Shown in pieces: positions 53,326 to 64,000 of a stretch of 64,000 bases of DNA (its first letter is position 1; each line of letters begins with the position of its first letter). Location of the stretch: positions 19,468,001-19,532,000 of the forward strand of contig NC_043012.1 of NCBI RefSeq assembly GCF_006345805.1, given 5' to 3'. The notes beneath the pieces are model-generated. The model did no database searches. It had not been told where the DNA came from and saw nothing but the letters and a program-made list of their open reading frames with translations. This stretch comes from Octopus sinensis. Lineage: Eukaryota. Made by a program: the position numbers and the translations under genes.

Positions 53326-56046
53326 TAGTGTGTTTGGTATTGATTTTCAGTGTATTATTTTTTATTTACATTAGCTTCGAACACAGACTTACCATATCTT
53401 TATGCAATCAACATGTATATACATAATTTTTTACCAGTAGTTTTCTTTCCACTACCATTCAAAAGCCCAGCAAGCCAATGCGAACCATTTTCGTATCATT
53501 CTTGCATCCTATTAACTCAGAAAATAGGCACCGAAATTTCATAGGCCTCGTCACGCAATCTTTCCTGGTTTGTTTTAAGCACATCATTTGCTTTCATTCC
53601 TGAGGATATTGATTCCGCGGGTTTGTATGTTACGCACTCGTATTATGCATTTTGTTCTGGTGAGTATATCATTTACTTCTCTTTGTGTCTTGCTCTGCAA
53701 TGCTTGAAATTGATCTTTTTCGTTTAGATTATAAATGTTATATGCAAGAATCAAAACTTGCGAAACGAAAATGCTCGTAGTGCTGCATGAGCGTTAAAAT
53801 TCATACGAACTTCATTATGATAAGATTGTACGAACGTTACGCCTAGGCTGAAGGTCATCATTTTTCACTAATTTCTTGCTCTCTAATTGTGACTGTAACC
53901 TTCATTTGCCCCGAATCTCAAGGAGATTTAATTGCTGACATAAAGCACTGCCATGCCGTGCATTGTCGGAATACTTACTGTATTTCTTATTGTATTCCTG
54001 GTGGATGTGAGCGATCAGGATTACAGACACTTCAAAATGCTCACTTTTACACTCTTTATTCTGGATACATTACACCGTAATCTAGACACCAAATGCAACT
54101 GACATGCGGATTATTGGAACAGTGACCACGTGTACATTTTCCAAAGGATCATTTTAATCTCAGCATTTTCAGAGAAAGCAAAGTTCTACTTTCATCATGA
54201 ACGCTCTCCATCACACTTAAACGTCAGAAACAGGCATTTTGTAACAAATTTGATCACATGAAATATTTTTGCTTTATTTTCATCGATGAATTCACATGGT
54301 AACAATATATTAATAAAAGTTCTAGAATTGCATCCTAAAACCTGGTTTTTCATTTTACACCGGAAGACACTTCATCCTGCCAAAACGAATGACCTTCAAC
54401 AATTTTCAGATAATCACACATGGAAATATTTTTCATAGGTTTATTAAACACATACCACTTGACCAAATACAAATTAAAAAAACAGATATATAAGCGACAG
54501 AGTCAGAAAATACTCTCCCACACGCCTCTGGCTTTTAAGTGTACAGTTTCCCCGATGTGCCTTTCCGAATTTTCGATAAGAACGTCATCCCAGAGATAAC
54601 AGAGTCGTGTCAAGTCTAACAATACCCACATTCTAAACCCACCATCTATGTAGGTTCTAACACCTTAGATCACACATTGACCACTACGCTTAGCTCTTCC
54701 GTGAGATGATGATCCTAGTGGTATCACTTTCTTATCTTTGAATGTTACATGAGTTTACTTGGATTCATTCTGGATAATTCCTGATGGAATATGTATCAGC
54801 TGTTTTAGAGTGTTTGAAAAGGCTACAACCACTGCTACGTTCTCCAGACACGCAATGACGAGAAGATTAAAACAATGATGCTGCCGTTCATTCTATTGTC
54901 CTTATTTGCAAATATCATTATATACAATATTCATATGATTCTAGGGGATATAAATGTAAATTATATCTCCATCAGTATAGAAAATTTAATTAGTACATTC
55001 GGTAATTATACAATAATAAAGCAATTATATTTAAGAAATTGTTCATACATACGCCATGTGTTCGTGTTTAAAATAATATATTTAACAAAATATCACTGAG
55101 ATATTCTATAAATAAATAATCTATATCAAAGTGTATTTTGGAAATTTAAATTTAAAATTTCTTCGATAGGCAATTTCGTAATCTAATTATCAAATTGAAT
55201 CTAAATGTATTGTCAGAGAGAAAAGACATGACAATCGGCATTAACAGACATTATATGAAAAAAGAAACAAAATACCGAAATAAAAATGCAATCCTAGTGA
55301 AAATCGTTTGTCTGATTCAGTGAAGAATATTCATAATTATCGTCTAACGAAACAATTAGTTCGATAACTGGCCAGACTCATGAAAAATAATACTTCAAAC
55401 GCCGAAATTTATAAAAATAACATCAGCCTATAATAGATTCGTGTATAATATCTTTAATGTGAAAAATACTACAAACATTAAAATCAAAACAAAAATGAAG
55501 TCCGTTTGTTGTGAATTGTATGACAATAATCTGTGCACTGAAACATCTGATATAAAATATAGTTTATCTTTTATTCTAGAAACAACTTCTCAATATAATT
55601 CCGCAAATCTAATAGAATTTGAAAAAATATAGACGTGCTTTCAGACAATCGTAGCTAACGCCGGTTTGATTTGCCGTTATGATTCTTTGTTTATAATTGT
55701 TAAAAAGGAATAAATATGAAACAGAACTACAAAAGATAAGTATAGTATATCTCTAACAATAAAAAAGCATAAAAAAGAAAAGCTCCCCTTGGGCGAGAGT
55801 ACATGCACACACACACACACACATACACACACATACAGACACGTAGATCAATGCACACAGTATTTATATGGGAGCTATTTCAGGTTCCAATTTCTGATTG
55901 CGTAGTAATCAGTACCACTTTATTATCCTAAGGTGCAACGTCCCAGTTGGAAACTTAGATTAGCTCCCGTCTAACCCCTGAATTTCTTATACTTATCCCA
56001 AGCTACACTGCGGATGTTAATCAACTTTTCTACACCTGTATATATA

Positions 56047-56107
<61 letters not shown>

Positions 56108-56400
56108 TAATAAATAAAACATATGCATATATATATACATATATGTACATACCTACCTCTATATGTATATATACACGCATCTATGAGTACAGTACACCAA
56201 AAAAAAAAATGTCGAACACAATGAGAAACGAAAACATAGACATAAACCCAAGGAACTGGACATTTTTCTTAAACAACAAAAAAATAGAGTACAGGATAAA
56301 CACAAGGAAAAAAACCCTTCTTCAGTCGCCATGTGTGTGTGTTGTGTGTGTGTGTGTGTGTATGTGTGTGTGTACACACTTATATATTATTTTTTATGTA

Positions 56401-56700
56401 TTTTAAGCAGATTACTTATTCTATCCCCCACTTTCCCGAACCGCTAAGTTACGGGGACGTAAACACAAGCATCGGTTGCCAAGCAACGGAAGGACTACTA
56501 ACTGAGACACACGCATACACACACATACACACGCATACACGCACATGTACACAACGGGCCTCTCTTAGTTTCCATCTATCAAATCCACTCACTAGGCTTT
56601 GGTTGGGCCGGAGCTATAGTAGAAGTCACCTTCCCAAGGTACCACGGAATTAGGATTCAGTTGGATCGGAAGCTAAATACTTACCACAGAGCCACACATG
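56401..56700 (-). mobile_element. SINE family A, 3'-truncated
   Basis: ccgaaccgctaagttacggggacgtaaacac...ttaccacagagccac. Confidence 0.8.
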
Positions 56701-56749
56701 CACCTATGTATTCTTGTAATTTTTTTTTATGTTTCAGCCGCGAGATTAC

Positions 56750-57050
56750 ACTGCCAGTGCTATCAACATTTTAATTGGCTAATTCTATGGTGAAGAAGGG
56801 ATTTGGATACCGCTGCCCTCTTTTCAGCTGCCTGCCTGATAGTGGTTCCTCTGAGATCTTGGACAGCAAGAGGCCAAGTTGTTTCTTCAAAACATCTACT
56901 CAACCCTATGGAGATCCCTCATATGCTTTGGCAAGGCGTTGAATAGCTGCGGGCCTTTGAATCCCGAGCTATTGCAGTACATGTTTCTCGGCTTAGATGA
57001 GACAGCTCGGACATTTCAAGCAGTGCCGGTCTAACCAAATCTCTAACTTA
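56750..57050 (-). mobile_element. CR1/L2-group LINE 3' fragment
   Basis: Minus frames VDVLKKQLGLLLSKISEEP..., homologous to the 30265-30465 C-terminus. Confidence 0.65.
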
Positions 57051-57298
57051 ATCTCCAAGTGGCTCCCATATGATATTGATACACATATACTCACACACAC
57101 ACACATATATACAAACACTCACACAAAAACATATATGTGTGTGGGTGAGTGGCTGTGTAGGTGTGTGAGGGTGTATATAATTACCAAAATTATATGAGAG
57201 CTACTTGAAGATTCAGTAGCACTCTTCGGTTAGACTTGCATAGAATACGGTGCCGGATCTGAGAAGTGAATTGGAATATGCACAACCGAGCAGTAGAT

Positions 57299-57339
<41 letters not shown>

Positions 57340-57340
57340 A

Positions 57341-57932
57341 CCGTATCGGTCCCAATAACGGATTTTTTTAGAAATTTCTATCGGCTTACTTCGAGACGCG
57401 TGTTTGGAGTGATATTATATGGTCATTTTCCTCATATTTGGAATTAGAATTTTTTTCTTTTGCCCTTGTTCATAAGTTGTTTATAAATTTAAGATTTAAA
57501 GGTATTTTTTAATATGCTGGCCATTGATAAATTTTTATTCTAAAATATTTATCCTATATTAGATGTAAATTTAATAATATTCACTTCCGCATTCTCTCAC
57601 TCTGTGAGAGGTTTCAGTTCGAATCACACATGTCTCAAGTTGTGCTGAAGATTTTCTATCTTGGATATATTTGGAGTACTTAGGTCTGCTCATGACTTGG
57701 TGGTTGCTTCTTCCATTTATGTCTTACGTATTTATCGCTGACGAGGAGAAAATTCTTATGAATTAACCCCTGAAATTAGGACCGATATGGTAATATCGGA
57801 ATTCGTTAGAAATTTCTGTCGGTTTAATTCGAGATGCGTGTTTGTAGTAATAAATTATATGGTTATTGACAATTTGTCTATTTTCGTCATATTTGGCATT
57901 AGAATTTTTTTCTTTTGCCCTTGTTTCTAAGT

Positions 57933-57935
<3 letters not shown>
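57341..57935. repeat. Element with short inverted ends and a downstream direct repeat
   Basis: ta|ccgtatcggtcc (57341) ... ggaccgatatgg|ta (57790). 57365-57480 is repeated at ~57800-57935. Confidence 0.65.
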
Positions 57936-58001
<66 letters not shown>

Positions 58002-58009
<8 letters not shown>

Positions 58010-60946
58010 TTGAGACAAAACCACTATTTTGCAAAACAAACAAGGAAAGACTTAATCAATACATAAAATTTAATAATAGTCAAAAAAACCGCCACTACAA
58101 TCGTTTCTTGTCTTGATCGACAATCTTCAGGTGGACTTCCAATCTAAAAAATCAAAATTTTAAAATATAAAAATAATACTTTTAAATAATTAAAGTATAA
58201 ATGAAAAAATATAGTATATTAATCATATATAACCTATATATAATCCATATCGAAAATATAGCTAATTACCCCACGAATTCCCTAAAAAAAACCATGATAA
58301 AACAAAACTCTTAAAAACATATAACGATAAAATCTCCCTTTGCTAAACTCTATAACAAACCTATAAAGTAAACCCCCTAACCTAAACATTCACACACAAA
58401 TACACACACGTAAACCACAGACTCACGACTTATACACATACCTATACTAACTTATAAACCTCAATATACACCAAAACCCACTCCCTCCCCACAAGACAAA
58501 TTAACACATAATCCAAAACCTAATAACAAACCCATATACACATTCACACACAAAACACACACTCACACGCAAAACACTCACACACATAAGATACATATAC
58601 TCCCTCACATATACGCCTATACATACTCACTAAATTCGACATATACAACAATACTTACACACCACAAAAAACATTATATACATTTTATAATTTGATGAGC
58701 TTTAACTCACCTTAGCATCTCAACAAACAACTTGCAGTAACCCAATCCCATTCTCTATGCCTACCTCACTACTACACTATTCCATTCACATTCCAAGTAA
58801 CGCTAGTCCACCACCCGGTTATTCAGTGGCAAAACGAACACCACTCAAAAATATGAATGAAACAATGTAAAAAATAACCAACACCTAAAATAGACAAAAT
58901 ACCACGAATTACCTAAGAAAACCATGATAAACCAAAACTCATAAAAGTATATAACGATAAAATCTCCCTTTAAAAACCTATAACAAACTTATATAGCAAT
59001 CCCCCTAACCTAAACATTCACACACAAAAACCCACACGTAAACCACAGACCCAAGACTTTACACAAACCTATACTAACTTATAAACCTCAAATACACAAC
59101 AAAACCACTCCCTCCCCAGACAGACAAATTACACATACATCCCAAATCCTAAATAACAAACCCAAATACACATTCACACACAAAACACACACACACTCAA
59201 AACACACACACACAACAGATACATATGCTCCTCACATATACGCATATACATACTCACTAAAACTCGATATATACACCAATATTTACACCCACACTCATAC
59301 AGATAAATAAATTAATTATACAATTAAAAACTCACAACCATCTCATATACATAAACACTCTTATGAAAACAACAATAAATACATCGTAATTAACCAGAAT
59401 ATCAAAATAACATTATGAATAAGGATAAATCAATACATACTTACAATTCAGTTACAAATTATGAAGTGAAATTAGAAACGGCTAATAATCTAATTTCACT
59501 TCATAATTTGTACTGAATTGAAGTATGTATTTGATTTATCCTTATGTCATAATGTTATTTTGATATTCTGTTAATTACGATGTATTTATTGTTGTTTTCA
59601 TAAGAGTGTTTATGTATATGAGATTGGTTGTGAGTTTTTAATTGTAAATTAATTTATTTATCTGTATGAGTGTGGGTGTAAATATTGTTGTATATATCGA
59701 GTTTTAGTGAGTATGTATATGCGTATATGTGAGGGAGCATGTATCTGTTGTGTGTGTGTGTTTTTGAGTGTGTGTGTGTGTTGTGTGAATGTGTATTTGG
59801 GTTTGTTATTTAGGATTTGGATGTATGTGTTAATTTGTCTGTCTGGGGAGGGAGTGGTTTTTGGTGTATATTGAGGTTTATAAGTTAGTATAGGTTTGTG
59901 TATAAGTCTTGGGTCTGTGTTTACGTGTGGGTTTTTGTGTGTGAATGTTTAGGTTAGGGGATTGCTATATAAGTTTGTTATAGGTTTTTAAGGGAGATTT
60001 TATCGTTATATACTTTATGAGTTTTGGTTTATCATGGTTTTCTTAGGTAATTCGTGGTATTTTGTCTATTTTAGGTTGGTTATTTTTTTACATTGTTTCA
60101 TTCATAATTTTTGAGTGGTGTTCGTTTTGCCACGTGAATAACCGGGGTGGACTAGCGTTACTTGGAATGTGAATGGAATAGTGTAGTAGTGAGGTAGGCA
60201 TAGAGAATGGGATTGGGTTACTGCAAGTTGTTTGTTAGAGATGCTAAGGTGAGTTAAAGCTCATAAATGTATAAAATGTATATAATGTTTTTTTGTGGGT
60301 GTGTAAGTATTGTTGTATATGTCGAATTTAGTGAGTATGTAGGCGTATATGTGAGGGAGTATATGTATCTTTTGTGTGTGAGTGTTTTGCGTGTGAGTGT
60401 GTGTTTTTGTGTGTGAATGTGTATATGGGTTTGTTATTAGGTTTTGGGATGTATGTGTTAATTTGTCTGTGTGGGGAGGGAGTGGGTTTTGGTGTATATT
60501 GAGTTTAAGTTAGTATAGGTATGTGTAAAGTCGTGAGTCTGTGGTTTACGTGTGTGTATTTGTGTGTGAGTTTAGGTTAGGGGGTTTACTTATAGGTTTT
60601 TATAGAGTTTAGCAAGGGAGATTTTATCGTTATATGTTTTTAGAGTTTTGTTTTATCATGGTTTTTTTAGGGAATTCGTGGTAATTAGTCTATATTTTCG
60701 ATATGGATTATATATAGGTTATATATGGATTATATACTTATATTTTTTTCATTTATACTTTAATTATTTAAAAGTATTATTTTTATTTTTAAAATTTTGA
60801 TTTTTTAGATTGGAAGTCCACCTGAAGATTGTCGATCAAGACAGAAACGATTGTAGTGGCGGTTTTTTTGACTATTTATTAAATTTTATGTATTGATTAA
60901 GTCTTTCCTTGTTTGTTTTGCAAAATAGTGGTTTTGTCTCAAATAA
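58002..60946. mobile_element. ~2.9-kb non-coding palindrome derived from the PLE 3' region
   Basis: Arms 58002-59476 and 59489-60946 around a 12-nt loop aacggctaataa. Homologous to parts of 8230-10574. HHRs at 58092-58134 (-) and 60818-60859 (+). Confidence 0.85.
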
Positions 60947-61090
60947 TATTTTATAATATTTTACTATAAAATGGATTTAATCCTAATCTGAAGTTTTTTC
61001 CCTGTAAATTTTGATATATTCCCTAATATTTATTATTTATATATAATATATATTATATATTATATATAATTATATAATATTTATATATAT

Positions 61091-61124
<34 letters not shown>

Positions 61125-61132
61125 ATAATAAT

Positions 61133-61641
61133 AATATTAGGGAATGAATCCAAAATTACAGGGAAAAATCAGATTTAGGGTTAAATCCAATTTTATAGTA
61201 AAAATATTATATAATATAATTCGAGACAAAACCACTATTTTAAATCCAAACAAGGAAAGACTTATCAATACAGAAAATTTTAATATAATTAAATAAACCG
61301 CCACTACAATGTTTCATGTCTGCTCCACAATCTTCAGGTGGATTTTTCTAATCAGTATCAAATACTGATTAGAAATCGAAAATCCACCTGAAGATTGTCG
61401 GAGCAGACATGAAACATTTGTAGTGGCAGTTATTTAATTTATATTAAAATTTTATGTATTGATTAGTCTTTCCTTGTTTGTTTTGCAAAATAGTGGTTTT
61501 GTCTCAAATAATATTTTATAATATTTTACTATAAAATTGGATTTAATCCTAAATCTGATTTTTTTTCCCTGTAAATTTGGATATATTCCCTATATTTATT
61601 ATTTATATATATATATATATATATATATTATATTATATATA

Positions 61642-61688
<47 letters not shown>

Positions 61689-62080
61689 ATAATAATAATA
61701 AATATTAGGGAATGAATCCAAAATTACAGGGAAAAATCAGATTTAGGTTAAATCCAATTTTATAGTAAATATTATATAATATATTCGAGACAAAACCACT
61801 ATTTTAAATCCAACAAGGAAAGACTTAATCAATAAATCAGAAAATTTTAATATAAATTAAATAACCGCCACTACAAATGTTTCATGTCTGCTCCGACAAT
61901 CTTCAGGTGGATTTTTCTAATCAGTATCAATACTGATTAGAAGATCGAAAATCCACCTGAAGATTGTCGGAGCAGACATGAAACATTTGTAGTGGCAGTT
62001 TATTTAATTTATATTAAAATTTTATGTATTGATTAAGTCTTTCCTTGTTTGGTTTTAAAATAGTGGTTTTGTCTCGAATT
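61133..62080. repeat. Four alternating-orientation mini terminal repeats, each with an HHR
   Basis: HHRs at 61301-61341 (-), 61384-61426 (+), 61868-61910 (-), 61953-61995 (+). Consensus ccac CTGAAGA ttgtc-ggagca-gacat GAAAC attt GTA gtgg. Confidence 0.8.
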
Positions 62081-62115
62081 ATATTATATATATATATATA
62101 TATTTAAACAATATA

Positions 62116-62466
62116 TATAAGAAGAAACTCACAGACAATATATACACAAAACAATTCACATAGGTGAGTGAGAATACGAGACCTCATTCTTATGTTTTGA
62201 ATTCGTTGGTACTGGTCATTGGATATAGTTTGTCTGATGTTACTTGAATCGGATAGGTATGTTTCATTTTTTCAGTGCTCACAAATTTAAAAGCTTGAAA
62301 TAATGTGCTGAAGAGGAAAATGATCGAATGGAAATGTGATTTTTGCATTTTTCATATCTCTCTAACTCCAAAACGCATCCACAGTTAACCAAAAGCCGAG
62401 TGAATTTCGTTGTTTTTCCTCTGTGAATTGTTTTGAGTATATATTATCAGGGAGATTCTTCTTATA
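62116..62466. mobile_element. MITE-like element with ~50-bp imperfect TIRs
   Basis: tataagaagaaactcacagacaatatatacacaaaacaattcacatagg mirrored by cctctgtgaattgttttgagtatatattatcagggagattcttcttata. Confidence 0.65.
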
Positions 62467-62703
62467 GTAGAAGAAAGAGCTAGGTTCTTTGGCTGCAATT
62501 TCTAAAGTTCTTTAGGAGGTGAAGCAAATGTTTTTGCTGAACCCTAACTGTAATTATACTCATAATTATAAAAAAATATTGTTTAAGTTTAACCGAAAAT
62601 GGTCCTTTTAACATGCCGAATACTACATGGTGAAATTATTAATAATTAATTAATTAATTATTTACCCGTTATTATCATTGATATAATATAATATATAGAT
62701 ATC

Positions 62704-62736
<33 letters not shown>

Positions 62737-62738
<2 letters not shown>

Positions 62739-63870
62739 CGTATTTTTGCCATTTCAATATGGCTAACCCCTAAGGGTGGATGCTACTGTAGTTTTTAGCC
62801 CCAGGAGGACACATTCCTCCAGCTGGCCATAGACACACTATCGTGTCCTGTCAGTATTTGCAAAGGGAAGTTCATCCTTCCCGTCTTCAACTTATGATAC
62901 ACACTGACTCGAGTTTCGAGGTATTGACCTCTCGTCACCGTGTGACAATCATAGTTAGTTGTCGCCGAGATAGATTTCCTTCACAAATACTTATACTTTT
63001 TCCAGCGCCCACTGTCGCTGATATTGAAAAAGTGAAATCAAACAATGATAAATATCAAAGTGAGTTATATACAGTAGCGGTAACACATCGGACGTATTTT
63101 TGCCATTTCAATATGGCTAACCCTAAGGTTGGATGCTACTGTAGTTTTTAGCCCCAGGAGGACACACTCCTCCAGCTGGCATAGACACACTATCTGTGTC
63201 CTGTCAGTATTTGCAAAGGGAAGTCATCCTTCCCGTCTTCAACTTATGATACACACGGACTCGAGTTTCGAGGTATTGACCTCTCGTCAGCGTGTGACGA
63301 GTATTTGCAAAGGGGCGCTGGAAAAAGTATAAGTATTTGTGAAGGAAATCTAATTCTCGGCGACAACTATGATTGTCACACACGCTGACGAGAGGTCAAT
63401 ACTCTCGAACTCGAGTCCGTGTGTATCATAAGTTGAAGACGGGAAGATGACTTCCCTTTGCAAATACTGACAGGACACAGATAGTGTGTCTATGGCCAGC
63501 TGGAGGAGTGTCCCTCCTGGGCTAAAAACTACAGTAGCATCCACCCTTAGGGGGTAGCCATATTGAAATGGCAAAAATACGTCACGATGTGTTACCGTTC
63601 TGCTACTGTATATAACTCACTTTGATATTTATCATTGTTTGATTTCACTTTTTCAATATCAGCGACAGTGGGCGCTGGAAAAAGTATAAGTATTTGTGAA
63701 GGAAATCTGATTCTCGGCGACAACTATGATTGTCACACGCTGACGAGATCAGAGGTCCATAACTTCGAAACTCGAGTCAGTGTTATCATATAGTTGAAGA
63801 CGGGAAGGATGACTTCCCTTGCAAATACTGACAGACACAGATAGTCTGTTTCTATGCCAGCTGGAGGAGT
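62737..63870. repeat. ~354-bp tandem repeat with one hammerhead per monomer (retrozyme-like), orientation switch near 63310
   Basis: Monomers start at 62737 and 63091. Inverted copies at 63313-63585 and 63586-~63870. Confidence 0.85.
63252..63296 (-). ncRNA. Intact type I hammerhead ribozyme
   Basis: Minus strand cacacg CUGACGA gagg-ucaaua-ccuc GAAAC ucga GUC cgugug. All core nucleotides and three stems are perfect. Confidence 0.88.
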
Positions 63871-64000
63871 GTGTCCCCTTCTGTCCCATCCTGGGGCAAA
63901 AAATCGTACGATGTGTGCCAATATCATATATCATGTCACTTTTTTTATCAGCATTCACTGGATACTTTTGTATATCAATTCCGGAAATCACTAGTATACT

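Noticed and set aside
61133-63870. CRISPR-like or prokaryotic repeat array
   Set aside because: Units are hundreds of bp with no unique spacers, in a eukaryotic context.

Overview
AT-rich, microsatellite-dense eukaryotic DNA made almost entirely of transposable-element relics. I recognise the SINE families as typical of Octopus genomes, but that assignment is an inference. No host gene is supported, and almost all supplied ORFs are translations of (TA)n/(CA)n/(TAA)n repeats. The dominant theme is Penelope-like retroelements (PLEs) and type I hammerhead ribozymes (HHRs). (1) A 5'-truncated PLE at 3421-10652 has RT plus a C-terminal GIY-YIG, a ~3.7-kb modular 3' region and a ~1.45-kb inverted copy of its own 3' end. 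(2) A ~2.9-kb non-coding palindrome of the same family at 58002-60946 is followed by four alternating mini terminal repeats, giving six HHR motifs in 58.0-62.0 kb. (3) A separate ~354-bp tandem repeat at 62737-63870 carries one HHR per monomer and looks like a retrozyme that could make circular RNA. (4) Two further HHR families lie at 19.1 and 37.4 kb, and two further PLE coding fragments at 29.6 and 52.5 kb. Also present: stacked R4/Dong-like LINE 3' ends in (TAA)n arrays, CR1-group LINE remnants, mariner and maT (DD37D) remnants, a non-autonomous Helitron, several foldback MITEs and many tRNA-derived SINEs. All coordinates were read by eye. The palindromic 58-64 kb region shows homopolymer-type differences between arms and needs read-level validation.
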